Below the pieces are notes generated by a model. The model saw only the letters and a list, made by a program, of their open reading frames with translations, was not told the origin of the DNA and made no database searches. Below, piece by piece: positions 1 through 9,600 of a stretch of 64,000 nucleotides of DNA (position 1 is the first letter of the stretch; each line of letters starts with the position of its first letter). Where the stretch lies: assembly GCA_002011035.2 (NCBI GenBank), contig MTLY02000003.1, positions 480,001-544,000 of the forward strand. Reading direction: 5' to 3'. Position numbers and translations under genes: made by a program. The DNA comes from Candidatus Hecatella orcuttiae (GTDB taxonomy: Archaea > Thermoproteota > Bathyarchaeia > Hecatellales > Hecatellaceae).

Positions 1-108
1 ACTTCGCCTTCGGCACCTAACCCTCCCTTTTCAGGGACGAAATTCTTAATAACAGCCAAACCCCCATCCACTCTAAGGTTTTACCCACGGCTTTCTCGTC
101 AAAGGTAG

Positions 109-453
109 GTGTCCGAGCTGGCTTCAGAAAGGGGAAAAAGCGAAAAACAGCCTGAGAGTTCAGAGGAGCCCATCAAAGTTAACGTCAAGTTCTTCACAAC
201 CCTGAGGGAGATGGTGGGCAAGAGAAACGAAGAATTCACCCTCCCCCCTACCGCCACCGTGGAAAATCTTCTGGAAATACTCTGCAAAACCTACGGGCCG
301 TCCTTCGCAGAATACCTCTTTGAGGGAGGGAAGCTCAGGTCCTACCTGCAAATCCTCGTCGACGGGAAAAACGTGAACCTTCTCGAAGGGCTTAAGACCC
401 GGTTGAAAAACGGAACCTCCTTGGCAATTTTACCGCCCGCGGGGGGAGGCTGA
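109..453 (+). CDS. MoaD/ThiS-family ubiquitin-like sulfur carrier (SAMP-like)
   Basis: Beta-grasp pattern VNVKFFTTLRE...ILVDGKNV...LAILPPAGGG with C-terminal Gly-Gly. Confidence 0.9.
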   Translation: MSELASERGKSEKQPESSEEPIKVNVKFFTTLREMVGKRNEEFTLPPTATVENLLEILCKTYGPSFAEYLFEGGKLRSYLQILVDGKNVNLLEGLKTRLKNGTSLAILPPAGGG

Positions 454-498
454 AAGCACAGGCGGCTCCTGCGCCCACAAAAAACCGGGAGCAAACCG

Positions 499-1818
499 AT
501 GGACCGGGAGGTTTCCAAGCTGGCAGCCGTGGAAGAAGCTCCAAAGGTTTACGTAGAAAGCTTCGGCTGTTCTTCCAACATGGCTGACGGAGAAAGGATC
601 GCCGGATGCCTTCAAGCAGCCGGCTACACCCTTGTCCCTCAACCGTCCGAAGCGGGAATAGTCATCTACAATACCTGCGCTGTGAAGGCTCCCACTGAAA
701 ACAAGACCCTCACCCTCCTTCAAAAGGTGCCTCCCGGCAAAAAATTGGTAGTAGCCGGCTGCCTGCCTCTCATCAATTTCCCGAGGCTGAAAAAGGAGGT
801 CAGATTCGACGGAGCTATAGGGCCGGCTCCCGGGACTGAAATAGTCGACTTGGTTAGAAAGGTTGAGATGGGGGAAAAACCCGTTCTCCTCGAGAAAGGC
901 TGGAAACCGCCTCTTTCTCTACCTAAAATTTCAACCTCACCCGTCAGGACTATAATACCCGTAGCTTACGGCTGCCTCAACGCATGCAGCTTTTGCTGCG
1001 TCCGCTTTGCTAGGGGTAGGCTGAGAAGCTATCCTATAGAGGATGTTGTTGAATACGTGAAGAAGGAAGTGAAGCTAGGGCGGCGGGAATTCTGGTTTAC
1101 AGGGCAAGACCTCTCCTGCTATGGCAGAGACCTAGGCGTAGACCTTCCCACCCTCTTAGAAGCCGTAACCAAGGTCGAAGGACGGTTTTTCATCCGCGTA
1201 GGCATGGTGAACCCCCGCGGCTTCTCGAACTCCTTCCTAGAAGGGTTGCTGAAAGCCTACGAAAGCCCCAAGGTCTTCAAATTTCTCCACATCCCCCTTC
1301 AGAGCGGCGACGATGAAGTTTTGAAACTGATGAACCGAGGCTACACGGTGGAGGAGTTCAGAGACATCGTTTCCCAATTCCGCCGAAAATTTCCCCAGCT
1401 AACTCTAGCCACAGACATCATATGCGGACATCCCGGGGAATCCGAAGAAGCCCACCGCCGGACCATTAGGTTGCTGGAGGAGATCAGACCCGACATCGTC
1501 AATGTTTCAAAATTTTTCCCCAGACCCGGCACACCCGCCCAAGAGATGAACCCGCTTCCCTCCTGGAAGGTTAAGGAAAGAACCAGAAAACTGGCGCAAA
1601 TATGCAGAAACATAGCTTGGGATAAAAACCGAAAATGGCTGGGTTGGAAGGGGGAGATCCTTGTAGAGGAAAAGGGGAGGGGGGACTCTTGGATTGGACG
1701 GAATATCGCCTACAAGCCTGTGGCCGTGAAGAGTACAGAGAACCTTTTGGGGAGGTTTCTTGAGGTAAGGGTTGTAGAAACTTTTTCAACTCATTTAGAG
1801 GCTGTATTGCTTCAATAG
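499..1818 (+). CDS. mtaB: tRNA t6A37 methylthiotransferase (MtaB/CDKAL1-like radical SAM enzyme)
   Basis: UPF0004 motifs ESFGC, NTCAV, AGC; CxxxCxxC (CLNACSFC); C-terminal TRAM-like domain. Confidence 0.9.
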   Translation: MDREVSKLAAVEEAPKVYVESFGCSSNMADGERIAGCLQAAGYTLVPQPSEAGIVIYNTCAVKAPTENKTLTLLQKVPPGKKLVVAGCLPLINFPRLKKEVRFDGAIGPAPGTEIVDLVRKVEMGEKPVLLEKGWKPPLSLPKISTSPVRTIIPVAYGCLNACSFCCVRFARGRLRSYPIEDVVEYVKKEVKLGRREFWFTGQDLSCYGRDLGVDLPTLLEAVTKVEGRFFIRVGMVNPRGFSNSFLEGLLKAYESPKVFKFLHIPLQSGDDEVLKLMNRGYTVEEFRDIVSQFRRKFPQLTLATDIICGHPGESEEAHRRTIRLLEEIRPDIVNVSKFFPRPGTPAQEMNPLPSWKVKERTRKLAQICRNIAWDKNRKWLGWKGEILVEEKGRGDSWIGRNIAYKPVAVKSTENLLGRFLEVRVVETFSTHLEAVLLQ

Positions 1819-2072
1819 GCTTGATATGAAGCTTTTCAGTTAGACTTGAAGGGATGCGACTGGTTGCTGGGGAAAGTAATGGATTACAGAAATGTTAAAA
1901 ACAAAATTTTCGAAGTATGATATTTGACATATTCGATGCTATTGGAAAAACGCTTGCATAGAATTCTTTATATAAGCAAAGAACATTCGTATTTCAATTT
2001 AAATACAATTTAAATACATATTATATATTACATAAGCCTCCACTATAACACCACATTCAGGGAGTGAGATAG

Positions 2073-2231
2073 ATGAAAGTAATCCCCGTACTCGTCGCCG
2101 AAGACCTAGGAAGAACCCCCCTGCCAAGGAGTGATGCTGTCTTGTACGATTTGGAAGAACATGAAGTTGAAGCAGAAAAGGTTGAAATGGTAAACCTGAA
2201 TCTAAACCTCGACCAAATGGAAGAATACTGA
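2073..2231 (+). CDS. Small acidic hypothetical protein, 52 aa (not in the ORF track)
   Basis: ATG 2073 to TGA 2231: MKVIPVLVAEDLGRTPLPRSDAVLYDLEEHEVEAEKVEMVNLNLNLDQMEEY; GGAGTGA SD-like motif at 2061-2067; TATA-like elements upstream; T/C-rich tract downstream. Confidence 0.5.
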   Translation: MKVIPVLVAEDLGRTPLPRSDAVLYDLEEHEVEAEKVEMVNLNLNLDQMEEY

Positions 2232-2318
2232 ATTTTCTTCCATCCCCCTTCTTTCTGAACAAACTATGTTTAAGGTTTTCATAAAAGTTTCCCTGTTCTT
2301 TTCGACGAAGCTGGCGGG

Positions 2319-3188
2319 TTATTTGAACACGTATACTCCGGGAGCGTAGCGGCCTGCCGAGGTTTTCCTTCGGGAAATCAAATGCACTATCTGCCTTTTA
2401 GCCAAGTGCTCCACGATTCTTCTGTTAACCTCCTCCAATTCTAATTCACCGCTCAGCCAGGAGATGGGAATGTTGACGAAGGCGAATTTTACAGGAAACA
2501 TATGCCGGGTTGATTTTGGAGCGAAAAGCTGACCTTTCTCCACGGTTTCCACCACTTCCTCCTTGGTAACCGGAGGAGTCATCATCATGGCGGTTACCCT
2601 ATTGAGTTTGATCTTTTCTCCCGCATCCTGTTCGGTGTGATAGGTGACTTTAAAGCCTCTTGACTTGAATTGTGTTTCCGCCAGCTTTACAGCATCGTAG
2701 GCTTCTTTGACTGTGGCTTCTTTTTGGCCTTGAACAGCGAAAGCCTTTCTCCAATTCGCCAAACCTAAAGTTGCCTTTCTCCCCTCCACAAGTCTGCTCA
2801 CCTGTTCAAACGGTTTTTCCTCAGCTGTAAAGCCAAGTTTCTCCATTGTCGAAATCAATATTTCCAAAGTATTTTCCGCGGAGCCGGTGACCATTCTATA
2901 CCATCTGCCAATCTCCACCAAGTCACTGGAATAGTCTACGAAGCATACGGGGATGTAGCGGAAGTGAAGGTTTTTCACAGCCGCCACTCTGTGCATGCCG
3001 TCCAAGATAATGTGTGTCTTTGCATCTGCGATGATGGGATGTTTGATGCATCCGTCGGCTCTGATGACTTCTGTCAGTTTGCCCAAAAGATTCGGCAAGA
3101 CTTCTTCGTGAAATTTCAGCCTGCTTCCTTCCTCCGCCGCAATCTCCAGATCGAGTAAAGGGTGGCGAACCTTAAATCCAGGGCTCAT
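2319..3188 (-). CDS. ParB/Srx-domain protein, SerK/SbnI-like (putative L-serine kinase)
   Basis: HEE..., HPII, ILDGMHR ParB motif; C-terminal TKEEVV...GQLFAPKSTRH resembles the SerK/SbnI signature. Confidence 0.7.
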   Translation of the reverse strand: MSPGFKVRHPLLDLEIAAEEGSRLKFHEEVLPNLLGKLTEVIRADGCIKHPIIADAKTHIILDGMHRVAAVKNLHFRYIPVCFVDYSSDLVEIGRWYRMVTGSAENTLEILISTMEKLGFTAEEKPFEQVSRLVEGRKATLGLANWRKAFAVQGQKEATVKEAYDAVKLAETQFKSRGFKVTYHTEQDAGEKIKLNRVTAMMMTPPVTKEEVVETVEKGQLFAPKSTRHMFPVKFAFVNIPISWLSGELELEEVNRRIVEHLAKRQIVHLISRRKTSAGRYAPGVYVFK

Positions 3189-3425
3189 CTAACATCTACC
3201 GCTCATTCCCGCATTCATGACGTAGGTAGCCTTGTACTTATTTTTTTAACCATTTCAGGAGGTCTTTCGACGAAATAACGTTTCCCAGAGAAAAGTTAAA
3301 AGTTTCGCCTAATGAAATTGAAGCGCTCATTGACGGCCTTTCAGTCAAAATTCTCTCTGCAAGTTCTTCCCCTGGGGAGAGTGTAAACAGTTCTCTTTTT
3401 ATCAGTGTAGAGGTTTTGAATTCTC

Positions 3426-4685
3426 ATGATTGAAGCGAAGATATGCGGGATTGAAGTGGGCGATAATTTTCCAGTAGCCGTCATCGGGGCGATAAATGTA
3501 AGCCCGGACTCTTTCTATAAAGGGTCGATAAAGCTGACCCGGGAAGAAATCGCCTTCCAAGCTGAAAAAATGGTGGGCGAGGGAGCAGCAGCCATCGACC
3601 TAGGAGCCGTGTCCACGGCACCCTATCGGAAATTTGAGGAAATCCCCGTGGCTGTGGAGAAGGAAAGACTTGTCAACGCTATTAAGACTGTGAAGGCTGT
3701 TGTGGACGTGCCTGTTTCCGCCGACACTCGCCTGAGCGAGGTGGCTGAAGCTGCTCTTAACGTGGGAGCCGACATCATCAATGATGTCAGCGGTTTCAAA
3801 TGGGATGGTAGGATGGCGGACATCGTAGCCGAATATGGGGCAGTCGCCTACTTGGCTGCTTGTGAAAGAAAACCGGGAGAAGGCGGGCCGGTGGGGAGAA
3901 TCTTAGCGGCTTTGAAGGAAAGTCTGGAAATCGCCCAAGTCAAGGGTGTGGCTTTGGAGAAGCTGGTGGTAGACCCTGCCATAGGTTTTCTGAGGCCTCC
4001 CGACTATCCTTGGTATCTCTGGGATTGTTACGTGTTGGGGAACCTATTTCGGCTGAGGTCTTTGGGGAGACCTATCCTCGTGGCTGTTTCCAGAAAGTCT
4101 TTCATCGGGAAAATTCTGGGGCAAGAGCATCCAGAACAGAGACTTTACGGGTCCTTGGCCTCGGAGGCTGTAGCTGTGTACAATGGCGCCCACATGATCC
4201 GCACCCACGACGTAGCGGCTACCGTTGAAGCTGTAAGGATGGCGGAATCCATGAGGAGGAAAGTTTCCCTTAAAGCCTCCGGTAGAATCGAGGTGGAAAC
4301 GGTGGCCGGTGCAGGGTTTAAAGATGATATGGCGGAAGAGATTAGAAAGCTGGGGGCTGCGGGTGCGGAAGCCCTAAGCCAAAAGGCGGTGTTTCGGGCG
4401 ATAAAAGTGAAGAACCTGCCAACTCCTCTAGCCTTGCTCGTGAAACAGGAAATGTTGGCAGTAGGAGGCGACGCGGCGTTGCCAGAGTCCGCCCTAGTTT
4501 TTGGCGAAAAGGCTGTGGACGTTCTTCTGCTGGGTACCTTGGCTCAGTATAATGGGTTTATGGAAAAAATAAAGAGGGCTCCTTTCGAAGGCTGGAGGCT
4601 TGCTGAGGTTTTGCGAGAGTTATTGAAGCTTGAAGAAGAACATACCCTTTTGGGGACTCAGGCTGAGGGAAGCGCTTCCCCGTAG
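3426..4685 (+). CDS. folP: Dihydropteroate synthase with C-terminal extra domain
   Basis: INVSPDSF, DLGAVST, SADT, INDVSG, VDPAIGF, SRKSFIG, IRTHDV motifs. Confidence 0.9.
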   Translation: MIEAKICGIEVGDNFPVAVIGAINVSPDSFYKGSIKLTREEIAFQAEKMVGEGAAAIDLGAVSTAPYRKFEEIPVAVEKERLVNAIKTVKAVVDVPVSADTRLSEVAEAALNVGADIINDVSGFKWDGRMADIVAEYGAVAYLAACERKPGEGGPVGRILAALKESLEIAQVKGVALEKLVVDPAIGFLRPPDYPWYLWDCYVLGNLFRLRSLGRPILVAVSRKSFIGKILGQEHPEQRLYGSLASEAVAVYNGAHMIRTHDVAATVEAVRMAESMRRKVSLKASGRIEVETVAGAGFKDDMAEEIRKLGAAGAEALSQKAVFRAIKVKNLPTPLALLVKQEMLAVGGDAALPESALVFGEKAVDVLLLGTLAQYNGFMEKIKRAPFEGWRLAEVLRELLKLEEEHTLLGTQAEGSASP

Positions 4686-4691
4686 AGGGTT

Positions 4692-5489
4692 GTGCCCATG
4701 CAGCTTTTCAGTGTAAAGACCCCTCTAATCCGCCCCAAAGATAACCTTGTGGATATTCTACTTCGCAGCGTGAAGAAGCAGGGCTTAAAGCTTCAGGAGG
4801 GAGACATCCTAGCGATATCTTCAAAGGTTCTCTCCTACGCGGAAGGCCGGGTGATTCGTATTGATGAAAAGCCTGCTTCCAAGGCGGCTAGAAAACTGGC
4901 GGAAAAATATTCTCTGGAGCCGGGGTTCGTGGAGTTGGTCATGGGAGAGGCGGAGGAGGTGTACGGAGGCGTCTACAGGGCGCTTCTCACCTTGAAGGAC
5001 TCCCTTCTCCTACCCAACGCGGGCATCGACCATAAGAATGCTCCTCGAGGCCACGTTGTCCTTCTCCCTTCAAACCCGCAAAGGGCTGCGGAGAGGATCA
5101 GAGGCGAGCTTTTCCTTCGAACCGGTAAAAAAGTGGGGGTTCTCATCGTGGACAGTCACACCCTTCCCTTAAGGCTGGGGATCACAGGAATAGCCTTAGG
5201 GGTCGCTGGATTTAACGCCGTGGAAGACTGCCGAGGGAAACTGGACCTTTACGGTAAGCCTCTACTGATCACCCGGACGGCTGTGGCTGACAGTCTAGCC
5301 TCCGCCGCCAACCTGCTGATGGGAGAGACAGGAGAGCGAACTCCCGCGGTCATCATTCGGGGGGCGCCCGTTACCCTCAGGGAGAAAGCGAACGTGAGGG
5401 AAACTCACATCAGCCCGAAAGAATGCCTTTACTTCAAAAGCTTCAAGCTGAAGCAGTATTACAAGAAGCGAAGCCGCCGGAAGGGCTGA
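4692..5489 (+). CDS. cofE: Coenzyme F420-0:L-glutamate ligase family protein (COG1478)
   Basis: P..RPKDNL, ISSKVLS.AEGR, PNAGIDHKN, DLYGKPL..T, LMGETGERTP motifs. Confidence 0.85.
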   Translation: MPMQLFSVKTPLIRPKDNLVDILLRSVKKQGLKLQEGDILAISSKVLSYAEGRVIRIDEKPASKAARKLAEKYSLEPGFVELVMGEAEEVYGGVYRALLTLKDSLLLPNAGIDHKNAPRGHVVLLPSNPQRAAERIRGELFLRTGKKVGVLIVDSHTLPLRLGITGIALGVAGFNAVEDCRGKLDLYGKPLLITRTAVADSLASAANLLMGETGERTPAVIIRGAPVTLREKANVRETHISPKECLYFKSFKLKQYYKKRSRRKG

Positions 5490-5494
5490 AGGTT

Positions 5495-6403
5495 CTATTT
5501 TCTGAAGAAGTCGATGATCTTGTGGGCTATCAGAACGCTGGCGTTTCTTTGAGCCTCCTCAGTCTGTCCGCCTATGTGGGGAGTGCAGACCACGTTGGGA
5601 AGTTTAGCCAGCTCCAAGTTGGTGGGGGGCTCGGTTTCATGGCAGTCCAGCCCGGCGCCGGCGACCTTGCCGGTTTTCAGGGCTTTGTACAAGGCTTTCT
5701 CGTCGATGAGCGCTCCCCTGGCTATGTTTATGATGATCACGCCGTCCTTCATCATGGCGAATTCTTTTTCCCCGATCATGTGGTAGGTTTCCGGAAGCAA
5801 GGTAGCGTGCAGAGTTATGATGTCTGAATTTCTCAGCAGCTCCTCCAAGGAGACAGCCTTCCCTCCCACCTCCTTCAGTGCAGCTTCGTTCATGAAGGGG
5901 TCGTAGGCTAAAATATTCATCCCCAAGGTTTTGGCGATCTTCGCCACCCTAGAGCCTATCCGGCCGAAGCCTATCACTCCGAGGGTCTGGCCTTGAAGCT
6001 GACGGCCCATTATTTTACTTTTCAGCCACTCCCCCTTTTTGAGGGCGCTGTCGGCTAAGGGGATCTGCCTTGCCACAGCGATCATCAAGCCTATGGTGAG
6101 TTCAGCTACGGCGTCGGTGACGGCTTCGGGGGATGTCAGCACCTTCGTCCTTTTGATGACCTCCGCATCTATGTTGTCCACTCCCACCCCCACTCTTCCT
6201 ATGACTTTCACCCTAGAATTTTCAGGAACCACGTCTTTGGTGACTTTCGTTCTGCTTCTCACGATCAAGGCATCATAGTCTCTAGCTATCTTCTCCAACT
6301 CTTCAGGCTTCAAATCCAGTTTCTCGTCGACGTCGAATCCAGCCTCCCTCAGCAGGTTTAGGCCTTCTTCATGAATTTTATCGCAGACCAGAATTTTCAC
6401 CAT
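5495..6403 (-). CDS. serA: D-3-phosphoglycerate dehydrogenase / D-2-hydroxyacid dehydrogenase
   Basis: VRSRTKV, GVGVDNID, GFGRIG, NIARG, TPHIGGQTEEAQ. Confidence 0.85.
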   Translation of the reverse strand: MVKILVCDKIHEEGLNLLREAGFDVDEKLDLKPEELEKIARDYDALIVRSRTKVTKDVVPENSRVKVIGRVGVGVDNIDAEVIKRTKVLTSPEAVTDAVAELTIGLMIAVARQIPLADSALKKGEWLKSKIMGRQLQGQTLGVIGFGRIGSRVAKIAKTLGMNILAYDPFMNEAALKEVGGKAVSLEELLRNSDIITLHATLLPETYHMIGEKEFAMMKDGVIIINIARGALIDEKALYKALKTGKVAGAGLDCHETEPPTNLELAKLPNVVCTPHIGGQTEEAQRNASVLIAHKIIDFFRK

Positions 6404-6505
6404 CTCACCTGCCCTCCTGCGAAGTGTGCAATGCGGCTAACTGTGCTTCTCCAGTAGGATGGGTCTGCGGTGATATTATAGTTTTTTGGAAACCCTGAAT
6501 TATTT

Positions 6506-7081
6506 ATGGGTTCATCACCCTCCGATAAGCATGGAGGACGCAGGTTGGGCAGCGTGGAAAAAAGGCTTAGGCCGCTTAAAGAAAAGACCATCCCCCTGAA
6601 ACCCATAGGCTTCGTCCGTTCGCCCCAAAAGGAGGGAACCGTCAAAGATCGAAGTTTAACCTCGGAGATTGTTTTAGAAAAAACCTACTCGGCGGGGCTG
6701 GAAGGCTTGGAGGGCTTCTCCCACCTCTACGTCATCTACTGGCTTCACAAAATCAGAGAAGCTCCCAAACTGAAGGTTCACCCTTGGGGAAGCCGGGAGA
6801 TGCCTTTGCTGGGCGTTTTCGCCACCCGCTCCCCCAGCCGCCCTAATCCTCTGGGGCTGACCTTGGTTGAGCTTTTGGAGAGGGAAGACTGTGTGTTGAA
6901 GGTTCGAGGCTTGGACGCCTTAGACGGCTCCCCTGTGTTGGACTTGAAACCCTTCGACTTTTCGGATGTAGACGAATACCGGAAGGTCAGAGTTCCCGGT
7001 TGGTGGGTTAAAGCCAAACCTGAGAAGTGGAAAAAATGGAAGAAACTAGTAGGCGGCTCTAGAACCCATCCTCCACTATGA
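6506..7081 (+). CDS. tsaA: tRNA t6A37 N6-methyltransferase TrmO/TsaA
   Basis: LKPIGFVRS, FSHLYVIYWLH, GVFATRSPSRPNPLGLT, LDGSPVLDLKP; true start may be the downstream GTG near 6554. Confidence 0.9.
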   Translation: MGSSPSDKHGGRRLGSVEKRLRPLKEKTIPLKPIGFVRSPQKEGTVKDRSLTSEIVLEKTYSAGLEGLEGFSHLYVIYWLHKIREAPKLKVHPWGSREMPLLGVFATRSPSRPNPLGLTLVELLEREDCVLKVRGLDALDGSPVLDLKPFDFSDVDEYRKVRVPGWWVKAKPEKWKKWKKLVGGSRTHPPL

Positions 7082-7095
7082 TATAACGGGAAAGT

Positions 7096-7917
7096 TCAGC
7101 CGACCCATAGCATTCTGAAGGCTATGAGGAGGAGGACGAGGCCGAAAATCCTCCGAAGCACCGGCGCCCCGGCCTTTTTCGAAATTCTAACTCCCACCTG
7201 CGCTCCTCCAAAGGCGCCTAAGCCCAGCGCTAAGGTGAGGGGGAGGTTGACGTGGCCTAGAGTCGAGTGAGCTGCGGCTCCGAAGGCGGAGGTGATGAGG
7301 CTGGTGAGGCTGGAGGTGGCTATGGCCACGTGGACAGGGACGCCTAAACCCAAGGTCATCAAGGGCACCTTAAGAAGCCCTCCGCCTATACCGGCTATGC
7401 CTGAAAGGAGGCCTACGGCGAACCCTCCGGCTAGTAGGGGGACAACGTTGACGGTGAATTCAAACTTCTTGTTCTCTCCGTCCACAAACAGCCGCCTCCA
7501 CAACAGCGGCTTAGGGCTCAGCCTAGCGGGGAATATCCTCTTCCTCCAAAGGCTGAATCCCGTCAGCATACTGACCCCCGCGTAGGCGGCGAGAACTCCG
7601 AAAACTGTGCGCAGAACCGTCGGCTCCAAGAATCCGGTTAGGGAGGCTCCCAGAAAGGAGCCGGGAGCCGCGGCGGACTCTAGGAGGAGCCCCAGCTTGT
7701 AGTCTACGCGCTTCTGGTGGAAGTAGCTCAGCGTGGCTGAGGAGGTGGTGAAAAGGTTGGATGCCATGGAGGTTCCCACAGCCGAATGGATAGACTGGCC
7801 GAGGAGAAAGTGAAGGTAGGGGACGAAGAGGAATCCTCCTCCCAGCCCCAGCATGCTGCCCAGTGTGCCTATGAGGACTCCGACGGTAAAAATTAAGGCA
7901 GCGGCTTCCACGGGCAT
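7096..7917 (-). CDS. TSUP (TauE/SafE) family transporter
   Basis: Duplicated GLGGG/GIGGG..VP motifs, AVGTS/AIATS, about 8 TM segments. Confidence 0.9.
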   Translation of the reverse strand: MPVEAAALIFTVGVLIGTLGSMLGLGGGFLFVPYLHFLLGQSIHSAVGTSMASNLFTTSSATLSYFHQKRVDYKLGLLLESAAAPGSFLGASLTGFLEPTVLRTVFGVLAAYAGVSMLTGFSLWRKRIFPARLSPKPLLWRRLFVDGENKKFEFTVNVVPLLAGGFAVGLLSGIAGIGGGLLKVPLMTLGLGVPVHVAIATSSLTSLITSAFGAAAHSTLGHVNLPLTLALGLGAFGGAQVGVRISKKAGAPVLRRIFGLVLLLIAFRMLWVG

Positions 7918-7965
7918 CTAAACCTTGCCTGAAATTTTCCTCAGCAGGGCGGAGAAAACCCGGAG

Positions 7966-8151
7966 TTACCTGACTTTGAGGGCGTACCTTCCCGCTCTGG
8001 TGATTCCCATCTTCTTCCCTATCTCGGACTTCTCCGGGTCGAGGATGATGAGAACTCCTGTGAAGTCGTCGGAGAGACTAGACTCCTTGCAGTTAGGGCA
8101 GATGTTGCCGTAGACGATGAGGTGGCATTTGACGCAGGCTCGCTCCTTCAC
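7966..8151 (-). CDS. spt4: Transcription elongation factor Spt4 (RpoE2)
   Basis: RAC..C...CP.C zinc ribbon, DPEKSEI, GRYALKVR; overlaps rpoE1. Confidence 0.95.
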   Translation of the reverse strand: MKERACVKCHLIVYGNICPNCKESSLSDDFTGVLIILDPEKSEIGKKMGITRAGRYALKVR

Positions 8152-8741
8152 TTTTTCTTCCCCTCCGCCTGCGGAGTTCGCTTCTCCGCTTCCCTCAGTT
8201 TTTTAACATCATCCCTGATCCACTCCAGCTTCCCCAGATAGGGCTGCCTCATGGTGATGCCTATCTTGCCGCTGGAGCCTCCTTTGGCTATGCTGATGGC
8301 TGTCACCCTCGCTCGAACCTTATCCCCGCTGGCCAGCTTCCTAAGGGTCTCCCTTCCCAGGAGGGTTCCTTGCTTTTCTTCGTAGACCACGTAGTCGTCG
8401 ATTATCTGGGAGATGTGAAGCAGAGCCTCCACAGGGCCTATTCTCACGAAGGAGCCGAAGTCCCCGATTTCAACCACCTCCCCCTCGACGATCTCCTGAA
8501 CTTCCGGCTTGTAGTTTAGGAGGGTGAAGGTTGCCGTGTGGTAGGTGCCTCCGTCCCCGGGAAGAATCTTGCCCACCGGGGATATCTCCACCGACGTGAC
8601 GGCGATGACGTAGCCTAGGTCCTTGCTGAGGATGCCCTCGTATTTCTTGCTCAACTCCTCCTCAGCTACCTTCTTCAGGTCGGAGCTGAACTTTTCCGGG
8701 GGAATCCTGACGATGTCTTGGCATTTCACAAGCTCAAACAT
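8148..8741 (-). CDS. rpoE1: RNA polymerase subunit Rpo7 (E')
   Basis: DIVRIPP, GDGG.YH, S1 domain LLHISQI.DD, KIGITMRQPYLGKLEWI. Confidence 0.97.
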   Translation of the reverse strand: MFELVKCQDIVRIPPEKFSSDLKKVAEEELSKKYEGILSKDLGYVIAVTSVEISPVGKILPGDGGTYHTATFTLLNYKPEVQEIVEGEVVEIGDFGSFVRIGPVEALLHISQIIDDYVVYEEKQGTLLGRETLRKLASGDKVRARVTAISIAKGGSSGKIGITMRQPYLGKLEWIRDDVKKLREAEKRTPQAEGKKK

Positions 8742-9176
8742 TTAGGCTACATACCCCTCCAAAACCAAACGGGTCTTCTCCCTCAAGAATACAACAGGTA
8801 AACCTTTAGCGCGAAGCTGCCTTCTCAGCTTCGAGTCCCCTGTGGCCACCGGGCAGCCTAATGCTTCCGCAGCCCTGACCAAGTACTCGTCCACAGACTC
8901 TCCGGGGAGCTTATTGAAATCAGCCTTCAGACAGCGCTCCGCTATTCTCAGGGCGTGGGCGGCCTTTCTTCCAAGGCCGGTCTCAGAGTTGGAAGCTATT
9001 TTTTCAACCTCCTCCAGCACCGGGGGCAAAACCACAGGTTCGACTTTCGTTGATAAAAGTCTCTCCAGTTCCTTAAATATATCTATTCTCCTATGAGTTG
9101 GGAGAAAAAGGAAGCTGGAGTCCAACAGCACCTTTCTAGGCAAAGAGAAAACATTCACCCTTTCCCAGTTCGGCAA
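8742..9176 (-). CDS. PIN-domain nuclease, Fcf1/Utp24-like
   Basis: VLLDSSFL, VLEE, VD, VATGD..LR; usual position upstream of rpoE1. Confidence 0.85.
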   Translation of the reverse strand: MPNWERVNVFSLPRKVLLDSSFLFLPTHRRIDIFKELERLLSTKVEPVVLPPVLEEVEKIASNSETGLGRKAAHALRIAERCLKADFNKLPGESVDEYLVRAAEALGCPVATGDSKLRRQLRAKGLPVVFLREKTRLVLEGYVA

Positions 9177-9600
9177 GCTAAGGTAGTAACAGGCTATTAA
9201 ATGTTTTGAAAACCTTGGTAAGCGTCTTCCCGAGTGAAACCCGCTGCTTCAGTTGCGGTTGCGGGGGAGAGGGATCAAAAACCGAGGAAAACCCTTTCCA
9301 GCTTCTACCAGGTCTTAAGCATTCTTTATGTTTTCCCTTCCCTCCCCTTCATGCCGTTGGCAGTTTATAAAGTTGCGAATCAAAATTCTTTCATGAGAGT
9401 TCATTCGGTGAAGGAAATTCTTTATTGGAACGTCTTTAATTTTTCCCCAAGACTTCCCGATTTTTTTACAGGTTTATGCTAAGTGCGAAGATAGGATTCG
9501 CCTCCACCTTCTCATCGTTTCATCAAAGGTTTCATCCGTCCTTCTCCGTAAATTTTTATGTGATTCTTCAGTTTGATGAAAGAATGCGGAAGGACTCCCG

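Noticed and set aside
1999-2262. 87-aa minus-strand ORF
   Set aside because: No recognisable motifs; the plus-strand 52-aa ORF has the SD and promoter support
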